A stretch of 64,000 nt of DNA. Origin: an uncultured bacterium (GTDB lineage: Bacteria; Babelota; Babeliae; Babelales; Vermiphilaceae). A model generated the notes under the pieces. It had not been told where the DNA came from, searched no databases, and was given only the letters and a program-made list of their open reading frames with translations. Shown piece by piece: positions 50,506 through 60,278 of this stretch. The stretch covers positions 320,001 to 384,000 of the forward strand of contig OY970172.1 in assembly GCA_963707655.1 (NCBI GenBank), given 5' to 3'. The stretch's first letter is position 1; each line of letters starts with the position of its first letter. The translations under genes and the position numbers were made by a program.

Positions 50506-51873
50506 ATGTACGCTGACCGCAACACCACGGGTAGCCTGCAAAAAAAAATTAGTACTGAACGAGTAATAGGTAAAGCACTGCCATCAAACCTTGATGCAGA
50601 AAAAGCGGTGCTTGGCGCCTTACTTCTTAATGATGAATATATGTCATTAGTAAGTGAAATTATCGTAGCAGAAGATTTTTATAGCGCACCCCATAAACTT
50701 ATTTTCCAGGCAATTTTAGATATTACTGCCCAAAGAAAGCGGATTGATCTGCTCACGTTACAAGATGAGTTAAGTCGCAGAAATCAGCTCGAGGCAATAG
50801 GGGGCGTTGTGTATCTTCTTGCTTTACAGGAAGATATTCCTGCTATTGGCCTTATTGAGCAGCATGCGAATATTGTTAAAGAAAAATCGGTGCTGCGCAA
50901 TTTAATTGGTTCAGCTGCATCAATCATTACCAATTGTTATGATCAAAACAAGGCAAGCATAGATTCAGTGCTCGATGACGCTGAAAAAACTATCTTTCAA
51001 ATTGCCAACAAACGTACAAATCAAAGCTTTGTACAGCTTAACATTTGGCTTAAAAAAACATTCCAGCACCTTTCTGATATTAAAAGCAATAATAAAGGAA
51101 TCACCGGCGTTCCCTCAGGCTATAAAAAATTGGATGACATGACCTCAGGGTTTCAAAAGGGTGATTTGATTGTTCTTGCCGCGCGCCCGTCAATGGGCAA
51201 AACAGCGCTTGCCCTGAGTATTGCCGCACAAGCGGCCCATGATGCAACGGTTGGATTTTTCTCACTAGAAATGTCTGCCGAACAGTTAACGCTGCGTATG
51301 CTTTCTGCCGAATCAGGTATTGCGCATCATAACATTCGTAATGCAACAATAAGTTCGCAAGAATGGATCGAGCTCACGAGTGTTGCCGGACGCATGTCTC
51401 AAATGAAGTTATTTATTGACGATACCGCCATGCTCAGTGTCATGGATTTACGTACAAAAGCCCGCAAGTTAAAAATAGAGCACAAGTTGCAATTTCTGGT
51501 GATTGATTATTTGCAGCTCTTGCATAGTACCAACAAGCATGAAAACAGGCATCAGGAAGTATCTGAAATATCACGCTCACTTAAAGCATTAGCAAAAGAA
51601 TTAGATATTCCCATTGTGGCGCTCTCACAGCTTTCTCGTGCTGTTGATTCACGGATGGATAAACGTCCCATGCTTTCTGATTTGCGTGAATCGGGTGCGA
51701 TTGAACAAGATGCTGACTTGATTATGTTCTTGTATCGTGATGTAGTATACAACCAAGAAACAGAAAATCCGGCCTTGGCAGAACTTATTATCGGTAAACA
51801 AAGAAATGGTCCTACCGGGACAGTGTTTCTAAACTTTATGCGTGAATTAACAAAATTTGAAGATGAAGAGTAA
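50506..51873 (+). CDS. dnaB: Replicative helicase DnaB
   Basis: AARPSMGKT, FSLEM, IDYLQL, LSDLRESGAIEQDAD. Confidence 0.98.
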   Translation: MYADRNTTGSLQKKISTERVIGKALPSNLDAEKAVLGALLLNDEYMSLVSEIIVAEDFYSAPHKLIFQAILDITAQRKRIDLLTLQDELSRRNQLEAIGGVVYLLALQEDIPAIGLIEQHANIVKEKSVLRNLIGSAASIITNCYDQNKASIDSVLDDAEKTIFQIANKRTNQSFVQLNIWLKKTFQHLSDIKSNNKGITGVPSGYKKLDDMTSGFQKGDLIVLAARPSMGKTALALSIAAQAAHDATVGFFSLEMSAEQLTLRMLSAESGIAHHNIRNATISSQEWIELTSVAGRMSQMKLFIDDTAMLSVMDLRTKARKLKIEHKLQFLVIDYLQLLHSTNKHENRHQEVSEISRSLKALAKELDIPIVALSQLSRAVDSRMDKRPMLSDLRESGAIEQDADLIMFLYRDVVYNQETENPALAELIIGKQRNGPTGTVFLNFMRELTKFEDEE

Positions 51874-51924
51874 AGAAGCAGCGTGTAGTTTTACCATCTT
51901 TTACCCATAAGCAGGTTTATTCAT

Positions 51925-52668
51925 ATGTCAACTAAGTCTATTTCTCTTTTCTATACAAAAATGAATCGTTTTCTGACAAAATGTATCATTGCTCTTCTTG
52001 TTTCATCGTTCGTGCTGTATCAAGGCGCACGCATCTTGTGGGGCGAGCATTATATGACTTTTTTCAAAGGAATTGTCCGTAACCCCTTGCAAGTTGGTGC
52101 ATTTTCTCCCTGCTCAGTATTTGTTGCGCAGGAAATAACAAAATATGTGGCTTCTGATACAAAACAAGGATCATTGCGGGTTTTAGAGGTTGGCGCCGGG
52201 TCGGGAGTATTGACCACGGACCTTGAAAAGGCTCTACAGAAAAGGGGCGGGGAATATATTCTTGATGTTATTGAAATTGATCCCGAATATGCTGCGTTGT
52301 TAAAAAAACGATTTGAAAACAATAAGAATGTTGCTATTCATTGCATCGATATAAACGATTTTAATGTAGAACAGCGTTATGACTATCTCATTTCAACTCT
52401 ACCTTTTAATGTGATGGATAATTCTGTTATTAAACAGATTTTTCAGCAATATGAAAAAATGGTTGCACCCAATGGCGTACTTTCCTATGTTGAGCATATG
52501 TGGCTGCCTGATATAAAAGAAAAGACACTCAGTGGCACTGAAAAACAAGCATTTATTGAAAAGCGTACCATAGTAAACAGCTTCAAAGATAAATACCTTG
52601 TTGAAACAGTGAACGTATATAGAAATATTACTCCTTTATATGTGCACCATTTAAAAATAGTAGATTAA
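51925..52668 (+). CDS. Class I SAM methyltransferase (phospholipid N-methyltransferase PmtA-like)
   Basis: NPLQVGAFSPCS, VLEVGAGSG, ISTLPF. Confidence 0.8.
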   Translation: MSTKSISLFYTKMNRFLTKCIIALLVSSFVLYQGARILWGEHYMTFFKGIVRNPLQVGAFSPCSVFVAQEITKYVASDTKQGSLRVLEVGAGSGVLTTDLEKALQKRGGEYILDVIEIDPEYAALLKKRFENNKNVAIHCIDINDFNVEQRYDYLISTLPFNVMDNSVIKQIFQQYEKMVAPNGVLSYVEHMWLPDIKEKTLSGTEKQAFIEKRTIVNSFKDKYLVETVNVYRNITPLYVHHLKIVD

Positions 52669-52712
52669 AGATTATAAAGTATAATGTATCTGCAAAAGGA
52701 GAGTAGAGTAGT

Positions 52713-53210
52713 ATGATAATTCTGGGCATCGATCCGGGATTTCAGGTCACCGGTTATGGTATTGTTAAAAAAGAGGGAAGCAAGTCTTACTTAATCGACT
52801 GCGGTTACCTTAAAATGAGTTCAACAAAAACATTATCATATCGCATAGGCATATTTTATAATTTTTTCACGAATAAAATTAAAGAGGCAAGTGTCACTAA
52901 TATTGCTCTTGAAACCCCGTTCTTGGGAAAAAACGCCCAAAACTTTCTCAAATTAGGGTATCTGCGTGGCATATTATATCTTCTTGCCGAGCAACATCAG
53001 CTGCCATTGCATGAGTTTTCACCGACAGAAGTAAAATCATCATTAACCGGTTTCGGTGGCGCAAGCAAAGAACAAGTTGCACGCGTTATTTTACGGTTAT
53101 TTCCTCAATTACAAGCTCCCGATAAGGCTGACGTTACCGATGCAATTGCCGTAACCTTGTGCGGCTTATGGAAAAGCAACAGCAACATATTGCTCAATAA
53201 GATGAAATAA
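52713..53210 (+). CDS. ruvC: Holliday junction resolvase RuvC
   Basis: ILGIDPG, E, TGFGGASKEQV, DVTDAIAV. Confidence 0.95.
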   Translation: MIILGIDPGFQVTGYGIVKKEGSKSYLIDCGYLKMSSTKTLSYRIGIFYNFFTNKIKEASVTNIALETPFLGKNAQNFLKLGYLRGILYLLAEQHQLPLHEFSPTEVKSSLTGFGGASKEQVARVILRLFPQLQAPDKADVTDAIAVTLCGLWKSNSNILLNKMK

Positions 53211-53380
53211 TGAGTGATAAACAAACACTTTTTTAAAAATGAAAGTAATGTCTTGCTTTTGCTCCGGTGCTTTATTTACCTTGTAGGCATGAAGGGTCAC
53301 GGGGAAGGGACGTCTTAATGCCAGGTCTCATCATTATGGTGATGGGGCCAACCGCGCTATTAAAGGAAGGGAATGTGCTC

Positions 53381-53851
53381 ATGACAAAATTGGGCTTCAC
53401 CTATCCATCGTTTACTAGAAGCAATTTTATCTATATTCATGATCAAAGAATCAGTTCTCATGAAGAAATCATTGCGCTGCATGATATATTGCTTACTCCC
53501 GGTTTTCATTGTTTAAAAGCTAAGAATATGGCATCGGGCAGAGTTGTTGTTGATGTTTTTCTTATGTCATTAAATTGTTTTCACACTATCGGTTGCTTAA
53601 CTATGGAAAAACATCAGTTACCCTGCAATATACAAAATATATATCAACAGTTAGAGCAGGGGGACTATCTATCTCAAGGGGCGGATGGGATAGAGAATTT
53701 TCTTGTTGATGCTTTTTACTGCGATTTTCTTTTCATTGAAATGCAGCCCATGCTCATGAGTAGCCGTTGGTTCCCCGTACTACAACAAAAAATGATTGAT
53801 TTAAAACTCGATCAGGCAATTCCTATTATTTATCTGATATATGAATATTAA
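53381..53851 (+). CDS. Hypothetical protein
   Basis: ORF with purine-rich RBS before ATG 53381. Confidence 0.65.
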   Translation: MTKLGFTYPSFTRSNFIYIHDQRISSHEEIIALHDILLTPGFHCLKAKNMASGRVVVDVFLMSLNCFHTIGCLTMEKHQLPCNIQNIYQQLEQGDYLSQGADGIENFLVDAFYCDFLFIEMQPMLMSSRWFPVLQQKMIDLKLDQAIPIIYLIYEY

Positions 53852-54633
53852 TCTTTCCATTCGTCAGGCGTTTCTTCTGCCTCTTCTTCTAATGATCCGC
53901 CTTTATCTTTAATAATTTGCTTGATCAGATTTTCTTTATCTGTTAATTGGTCAATTTTTTCTTGATCAACAGAACCAAACATTACTTTTGTTCCCTCAGT
54001 GACCAAAGCAGCACTATTCTTTTTATATTCTGCTTTCAGTTGATCAACCGTCATAGTTCTTAATGAGATCAAAAGCTCAATATGCTCTTTTTGTGTGACC
54101 AGAGAGCGTTTTTTCAACTGTGTTTTACTGTTTTCGATTTGTTGCTTAACGTTTGTCAATTCTGCCTTTAACTGTTCTATGTTCATAGAATCAAAACGTC
54201 GTAAAACTTCTCGGGCAACTTCAGGTTTTTTCAAAGGAGCACCTTTTCTTATTCCCTCTAAGAATTCATCACGATCACCGGTAGGTTCTTTCGTCTGCGG
54301 AGAGGTTTTTGGCTCTTCTGCCGGCAGTTGTTCTTCTTTCGGCTTTTCTACGGGAGGAGCTTTTTGCGCCGGTGGAGGAGGTGGCGGAGTAGGGACGTTT
54401 GGTTCAACGACGGGCAATTTTTCTTTCTTCTGTGCTTCTTTTAATGATTTAACCGCATCATATTGTTTTGACAGTACTGCTATATTTTTCTCTATATCGG
54501 CAATCTGTTTTTCAGTTTTTTCTTCAAACAATCGTATGTCTTGATCCAAGTTTTTGATTTCTTCAGACACGGTGGCAACAAGAACAGAGGAATGAAAGAA
54601 GAAACTGAACAGGAGAATAGAAATGCGCTTCAT
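53848..54633 (-). CDS. Secreted WASP/RickA-like protein (coiled coil, poly-Pro, WH2, acidic-Trp tail)
   Basis: MKRISILLFSFFF signal; PTPPPPPPA; GDRDEFLEGIRKGAPLKK; C-terminal EEEAEETPDEWKD. Confidence 0.75.
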   Translation of the reverse strand: MKRISILLFSFFFHSSVLVATVSEEIKNLDQDIRLFEEKTEKQIADIEKNIAVLSKQYDAVKSLKEAQKKEKLPVVEPNVPTPPPPPPAQKAPPVEKPKEEQLPAEEPKTSPQTKEPTGDRDEFLEGIRKGAPLKKPEVAREVLRRFDSMNIEQLKAELTNVKQQIENSKTQLKKRSLVTQKEHIELLISLRTMTVDQLKAEYKKNSAALVTEGTKVMFGSVDQEKIDQLTDKENLIKQIIKDKGGSLEEEAEETPDEWKD

Positions 54634-54651
54634 ACATTGCCTTTCTAAATC

Positions 54652-54679
54652 AGAGCCGATAAGAGCTATTATGTTAAAA
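54652..54679 (+). other. dif-like XerC/D site
   Basis: agagccgataa-gagcta-ttatgttaaaa (11-6-11); right arm 1 nt from E. coli TTATGTTAAAT. Confidence 0.7.
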
Positions 54680-55762
54680 GAGACTGCTGCTGCACAATAA
54701 CAAATCTCCAATAAACAAGGGAGAAAAACTATGTTTCTTACCGACATACTCTTTTTTTATTTCATATGTCTTTACATTATAACTCAAGATAACAAAAAGG
54801 TTTTCATCATAGTCAACAAAATAAATTTTCCCCTCATGATAGCGTGGCAATAATGGGGCCAAAGACTCAGTCAGCCGCTCTGTTGTATCTCCCGCCACAA
54901 AACAATACGGAATTTTAAAAGAAAATGCTTTTTCATAGCGCCACACCTCTGCTCTCTTTTCAATATAATAAGCATCAAACATGCACGCTGTAGCGTCATA
55001 ATTTATCACAAATCCAGAATTCTCCGATGTCATTGATAATGATACCGGAGAATGAATTTCATCAAAACCCAATAAGAGAGATTGTTGCTGCAATGTGCCC
55101 TGTGCTCTTGATTCATTTTTTTTACCTAACAAGCGTGCTACTCTCTCATCAAAAGTGTCTAGCGCATTAAAATTATTCTCTTCAGAAAGCGGTATAGATG
55201 GATATGTGCTGTGCATTAACACACAACCACTTTCATTATTATTGTGTTTAATATAATAAAGAGAATCAGTAATTTTTTGTGGATATATTAAATCATAATG
55301 CTCATCCTGCACCACAGCCTCAAGCTCGCCGGTAATAGTAAGATGAAAAATCGCATAATGCCCATATTGTTTAGCGCATACATACAGTGAGTTTCTATCT
55401 ATCCATGAAAATGAAAGAATATCATAAATAGGAGAATCTATATCTATACTCATTACCGAGCGCTTATCAAAGAACTTTACCCGTATTCTGCCCTGATCCA
55501 AAAAACTAATTCCTTCTTGATTTGGTACCAATGTCAAAAGCGTGGGATTAAGATGACTGGGCAGCCCTTTAAAAAAATTATTATTGTGTACATCCCATAC
55601 CCATACTTCAAGACGTTTATCAATCTTTTGATGCACCAAATAGACCATGGGCGCATCGGGCTTGCCTATCCATAGACAAGGATACAGATAAGGACCATCA
55701 AAACTGAAACAGGAAGAAGACGACGACAATAAAAGCATGCAAAACAGAAAAAAGAGCTTCAT
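54674..55762 (-). CDS. Exported hypothetical protein (beta-rich, possibly propeller)
   Basis: 362-aa ORF with signal peptide. Confidence 0.7.
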   Translation of the reverse strand: MKLFFLFCMLLLSSSSSCFSFDGPYLYPCLWIGKPDAPMVYLVHQKIDKRLEVWVWDVHNNNFFKGLPSHLNPTLLTLVPNQEGISFLDQGRIRVKFFDKRSVMSIDIDSPIYDILSFSWIDRNSLYVCAKQYGHYAIFHLTITGELEAVVQDEHYDLIYPQKITDSLYYIKHNNNESGCVLMHSTYPSIPLSEENNFNALDTFDERVARLLGKKNESRAQGTLQQQSLLLGFDEIHSPVSLSMTSENSGFVINYDATACMFDAYYIEKRAEVWRYEKAFSFKIPYCFVAGDTTERLTESLAPLLPRYHEGKIYFVDYDENLFVILSYNVKTYEIKKEYVGKKHSFSPLFIGDLLLCSSSLF

Positions 55763-55855
55763 TGGTAATCCTTTTCTTAATCCTCATCGTAGATAGCCTT
55801 GTTATACAGTAACAAAAAGCGAGGCAAAAAAGTAAAATTTATTTGAAAAACCCGC

Positions 55856-55965
55856 AAAAAAAATCCACCGCACTGACCGAAATCAATGCGATGGAAAAAA
55901 GGAGAGTAGTAATGAAGCCTAATTGACAGAATAAATACTTGTGGGTTACCCCCAAGACTTATACT
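55856..55965 (-). ncRNA. Candidate small RNA (~110 nt)
   Basis: Own promoter, GUAA-tetraloop hairpin, anti-SD single strand, terminator with G-U pairs and U8 tail. Confidence 0.65.
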
Positions 55966-55971
55966 GGAATA

Positions 55972-56000
55972 ATAGTATTAATAAATAGTTCAAATGTCAA
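55972..56000 (-). promoter_or_regulatory. sigma70 promoter for the candidate sRNA
   Basis: TTGACA (56000-55995)-N17-TACTAT (55977-55972). Confidence 0.7.
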
Positions 56001-56127
56001 ATTTAAAAATTATTAAATTGATAGAAATATCAAATAAAATAGCTAATCATTCTCTTATAGAATAGCTTATTTTTTATGTCTGTCAATAGATAACGCTTTA
56101 AGAATTGGCTTACATAAAGGCATCATT

Positions 56128-57207
56128 TCAATGTGAAATGATGAGTCGCTGAAAATTAAGCGATTCAAGCTTCTGGAGCAAGAAGCTGTTACTTGTGGGG
56201 CAGGTAAATATAAGTTGACAATCAAGATTTTTCAAGACATCTATGATTTGATCAGATCGCTCTTGATCCAAGTCAGTTATGAAATCATCGAGTAACAATA
56301 TGGGCCGCACTGCTTTTTTAGCTATGAGATTTTTAATTTGAGCTATTTTCAGCAGCAAAATGATAAGTTTTTGCTGGCCACGCGAAGCAAAGGCGCGAGA
56401 GCGCTGGTCCCTAAATTGAATCATAAAATCATCAAGATGTGCCCCAAATAGCGATCGACCGAGCTGTAGCTCATTTTGATATAAAAGTGGCTGATCGGCC
56501 CAAAACTGCTCAAAATTGGTTGCAGCGCTTTCTTTTTTTTCCTGGTACGCAAAGGAGATTGAAATATCTTGGGGAAAATGGGCAGCCAACAACTCTTTAA
56601 CCCCCGTATCCAGTTCCGCCAGACCTTCTTTACGCTTTGTGCGAATAGCGTATGAAATATCCCATAATTCCTTGCTCCAAAATTCATAATATTCTTGCGA
56701 ATTATTATGGCGAAACAATGCGTTTCTGCTATCAACGGTATAACGGAGCTTTTTTACCAGAAGAGCAAAATCAGGATCATACAACATCATAACCTGGTCG
56801 AGGAATACCCTACGCTGATCCGGCCCCTCTTTAATCAATGCCAGATCATCTTCGGTTAACGTAACAATGCGATAATAATCCATCAGCTCTTTATAGGAGA
56901 CAATGCTTTTCTGATCAACTTTAACCACTCTTTTTTTACCGGAGAAACCTATTTTAATCTCATGTTCCTGGTAATCCTGGCTCTTGAGAGCAATTTTAAC
57001 GAAGAATGAATTTTGATCAAAATAGGAAAGTTCTTGCGGGCTATGGGTTCTAAAAGATCGCAAATAACAAGCATAATGCAAAGCCTCGAGCACTGATGTT
57101 TTGCCCGTACCGTTGATACCCTCAAGCAAGATAATGTGCTTATCAAAGGTAAGGTTAAGCTCTTTGAAGCATCTAAAATTCTTTAGATGAATACCGGTAA
57201 TATGCAT
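56128..57207 (-). CDS. recF: DNA replication/repair protein RecF
   Basis: NFRC, GINGTGKTSVLEA, ASRGQQK, LLLDD. Confidence 0.95.
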   Translation of the reverse strand: MHITGIHLKNFRCFKELNLTFDKHIILLEGINGTGKTSVLEALHYACYLRSFRTHSPQELSYFDQNSFFVKIALKSQDYQEHEIKIGFSGKKRVVKVDQKSIVSYKELMDYYRIVTLTEDDLALIKEGPDQRRVFLDQVMMLYDPDFALLVKKLRYTVDSRNALFRHNNSQEYYEFWSKELWDISYAIRTKRKEGLAELDTGVKELLAAHFPQDISISFAYQEKKESAATNFEQFWADQPLLYQNELQLGRSLFGAHLDDFMIQFRDQRSRAFASRGQQKLIILLLKIAQIKNLIAKKAVRPILLLDDFITDLDQERSDQIIDVLKNLDCQLIFTCPTSNSFLLQKLESLNFQRLIISH

Positions 57208-58331
57208 TAGTTACTCAAGCTTGGGGAAACCGGCATTACCAAATAGAGCAATTCATGATCAGCGGCGTGAGATTCAAAGATAATCGGTTTTGCTGATGTC
57301 TGAAGATAAAATTTTACTTTATCTTCAGAAAAAGATTGCAGACCGCTTAATAAATAAGGAGCATAAAAACGAATATCTAAATCGGTTCCATCAAAATCAG
57401 GCAACGGCACTTCTTCTTTTAATTTTCCTACTTCCTGATTTTGCATAGAAACTTTTAATAAACGGGAGGTAAAACCAAAATTGGTAGCAATAAATTGCCC
57501 CGATAATAAGCAGGCTGAGCGGCGCAAGGTCTTGACCAGTTGCTGACGATCCACTGTTGCGGCTTTGAAACCATCTTTTTTCAAAATTGCCGAATATTGT
57601 GGAAATTGGTCCACTAATATTTTAGTAAAGAAATTAAATGACTCACCGGAAAACACTAATTGGTTGCCACAAATACCAACAAAAATTTCTTTATCGCCAG
57701 AACCTTCGACAATCTTTTTTACTTCAAAAATAGCGCGGCGCGGGATGAGCCAGGTGCGCGGTTGTGTTAACGTGTACTGCGCTGTTGAAACTTGCGCCAA
57801 ACAATGACCGTCGGTAGTTGTCATGGTAAGTCCGGTTTGGCCAATTTCTAAAAAAAGCCCGTTCAAAGCCGGATTAGCGTTATTTTGTGGAATAAGGAAC
57901 GCTACTTTATTGAGAAGATTCAATACAAAAGAAGATGCCATATGCATGAGGTTTTCAATGCGTTCGGGAAAAGGAGGAAATTCACTGGGGTCTTTGATAT
58001 TAAGCGCAATAGCTACCGATCCTGATTTAAGAAGCAGTTGCGCTTCTTCTACAACAAATTCAATTTCCCCTTCAAATTCTTTTACAATATCAAAGATGCG
58101 CTTTCCCGATACTAAAAATGAGCACTCTTGCATAATGTCTGCATGCTGCAATAAATAACTTGATTGCAAGCTTACTTCAAGATCGGTACTTTTTAAAACC
58201 AATTCTTTGTGGCCGAGTTGAAAAAGAATAGAATTGGTCGCATTAATAGTTGTTCGCTTTGTGCAAATTGGTTGCATGGCGGAAAGAATGGCCATTAGCG
58301 GTTTTTGATCAACAGTAAAATTATGTTTCAT
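57207..58331 (-). CDS. dnaN: DNA polymerase III beta clamp
   Basis: STDLE, TTDGHCLA, FPQY, YLVMPV. Confidence 0.94.
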   Translation of the reverse strand: MKHNFTVDQKPLMAILSAMQPICTKRTTINATNSILFQLGHKELVLKSTDLEVSLQSSYLLQHADIMQECSFLVSGKRIFDIVKEFEGEIEFVVEEAQLLLKSGSVAIALNIKDPSEFPPFPERIENLMHMASSFVLNLLNKVAFLIPQNNANPALNGLFLEIGQTGLTMTTTDGHCLAQVSTAQYTLTQPRTWLIPRRAIFEVKKIVEGSGDKEIFVGICGNQLVFSGESFNFFTKILVDQFPQYSAILKKDGFKAATVDRQQLVKTLRRSACLLSGQFIATNFGFTSRLLKVSMQNQEVGKLKEEVPLPDFDGTDLDIRFYAPYLLSGLQSFSEDKVKFYLQTSAKPIIFESHAADHELLYLVMPVSPSLSN

Positions 58332-58555
58332 AAAATCCTTATTTTTCAATATTTTATTGCATAATTAAGATATGAATAAGTATACCGCGCTCCGGTAAAA
58401 AGAAAAAGATAGCCTTTTCTTTTATATAAAGACACTATTTGCATTAGTATCAAACCTTTTTTTAAAGACTATTTCTCTTAAATGTGTTGAAAATTTAATG
58501 ATTAACTTGATACTATTAAATTAATATTTGAAATGCTTTAAATTAAGGAAGAAAT

Positions 58556-59176
58556 ATGAAAATCATTCTGAGACATGCATTTACTTTGCTTGTTGTGGTC
58601 TTTCATTGTGCGCAATCAGCTGAGCAAAAAGAAAAACAAACTATGTTCAGTGCTGTTGCAACGGGAGATCTTCCTGCCGTAAAAGTATTGATAGAACGGG
58701 GAATTGATCTCAATCAACCAATCCTTGAAGGGGCAACTGCATTAATGTTTGCCGTGATGAATAATCATCTTGAAACAGCACAGCTACTCATAGCGAATGG
58801 TGCAAATGTCAATGTGCAAAACGATGCTGGATCTACCGCATTGATGATGGCCACCGCGAGAGCCAATTTTGACATAACGCAGTTGCTTGTAAAGAATGGC
58901 GCAAATCTCGATTTACAAGATGAGCGAGGATGGACCGCATTAATGATAGCCGTATACAATGAAGAATTTAAACTAGCGCAGCTACTCGTAAAGAACGGCG
59001 CAAATAGACGCCTCAAAAATAAGGATGGCGATACAGCACTTATTATAGCGATAAAGAATCGTAATGACCCAGCGTACATTGCTATGTTGGGATCTAAAGA
59101 TGAAATATCAGAGTATGAACAAGCGAGAAACAATGGCACTATTCCCGCATTGATCAATACTCTCAGAAATAGATAA
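58556..59176 (+). CDS. Secreted ankyrin-repeat protein
   Basis: Signal peptide; four G(A/S/W/D)TAL repeats. Confidence 0.92.
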   Translation: MKIILRHAFTLLVVVFHCAQSAEQKEKQTMFSAVATGDLPAVKVLIERGIDLNQPILEGATALMFAVMNNHLETAQLLIANGANVNVQNDAGSTALMMATARANFDITQLLVKNGANLDLQDERGWTALMIAVYNEEFKLAQLLVKNGANRRLKNKDGDTALIIAIKNRNDPAYIAMLGSKDEISEYEQARNNGTIPALINTLRNR

Positions 59177-59205
59177 AATAGTATTTTGGTTGAAATGATT
59201 AATAT

Positions 59206-60120
59206 CTATGATCGTGGATGTTTTTTATCATACATTGATCGTAAATAACTTGTTTCAACATGAGTATATATTTGAACGGTCGCTATTGTTTCATGCCCGA
59301 GAAGCATTTGCAATGAACGCAAATCGGCACCGCGTTTAAGCATGTGGGTGGCAAAAGAATGACGCAAAACATGGGGAGAAATAGAGCGCACACAGCCGGT
59401 CTTTTTCCAAAGTTCTTTTAAACTCATCCAGAATGATTGGCGCGTAATAGCTTTAACCTTCCCCGCATAAAAAATAGGAAAAAGCCAATCTGTTGCGCGT
59501 GAACCATGATCAACATTAACAAATGAGCGGTGCACTGTTTTAAGATACTGCTGCAGCAACTCAAGCATCGGTTGTGGTAGCGGAATTAATCGCCCCTTGC
59601 CCCCTTTGCCTATTACTTCAACAAAACCGGTATCAAAATGAATATGGGGCAATTTTAAATGAGTAAGCTCACTAATACGCATTCCCGAAACATACAGCAA
59701 ATACAACATAACCTTTGTACGTATTCCCACGTCTGAAACGTCTTGATTTGCAACAGCAAAAAGCTGTTGAATTTCTTCTTCTGAAACAGCGCATGGCAGA
59801 GATTTATCAAGTTTGGGAAAAATAAGATCTTGCGCGCTATTTGCAATACCAAAACGCTCATACGCATAATTAAAAAATAATTTTAACGAAGAAATCTTGC
59901 GCGCCATCGTGCGGGCAGTTAATTTCAAGTCATATAAATAATGTAAAAAACTTTTTAATAATTCCGGATCAATGTCGGTAAGTTCTTCTTTTTTGTTCTT
60001 TACGAGATACGCAGTAAACTGATCAAGATCGTTTTTGTAAGCACTAAATGTGTTAAATGATACACATTTTTCAGTCAACAAGTAGGCTTGGAACTTAGTT
60101 AAAATTTCTTGAATGGTCAC
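59206..60120 (-). CDS. xerD: Xer-family tyrosine recombinase (XerD-like)
   Basis: SGMRISEL, GKGGKGR, SPHVLRHSFATH, LGH, TVQIYTHV, C-terminal HPRS. Confidence 0.85.
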   Translation of the reverse strand: MTIQEILTKFQAYLLTEKCVSFNTFSAYKNDLDQFTAYLVKNKKEELTDIDPELLKSFLHYLYDLKLTARTMARKISSLKLFFNYAYERFGIANSAQDLIFPKLDKSLPCAVSEEEIQQLFAVANQDVSDVGIRTKVMLYLLYVSGMRISELTHLKLPHIHFDTGFVEVIGKGGKGRLIPLPQPMLELLQQYLKTVHRSFVNVDHGSRATDWLFPIFYAGKVKAITRQSFWMSLKELWKKTGCVRSISPHVLRHSFATHMLKRGADLRSLQMLLGHETIATVQIYTHVETSYLRSMYDKKHPRS

Positions 60121-60278
60121 GTGCTTTACTTTCCGTCCAATTGCTTATTTGTATACATATTTCCTACCCAAAGAATAGTAATGTTTTCACGCCAAAGCAA
60201 TAATTATTCTTTTATTTATTTCTCATTTATCCTATCTTGATTGAAGAGTAAAAATTTTCTTAAAAGTTTGGGATTGGC

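Noticed and set aside
59206..60120. Phage or island integrase
   Set aside because: XerD-like motifs and C-terminal HPRS, housekeeping context, no phage genes or att repeats seen
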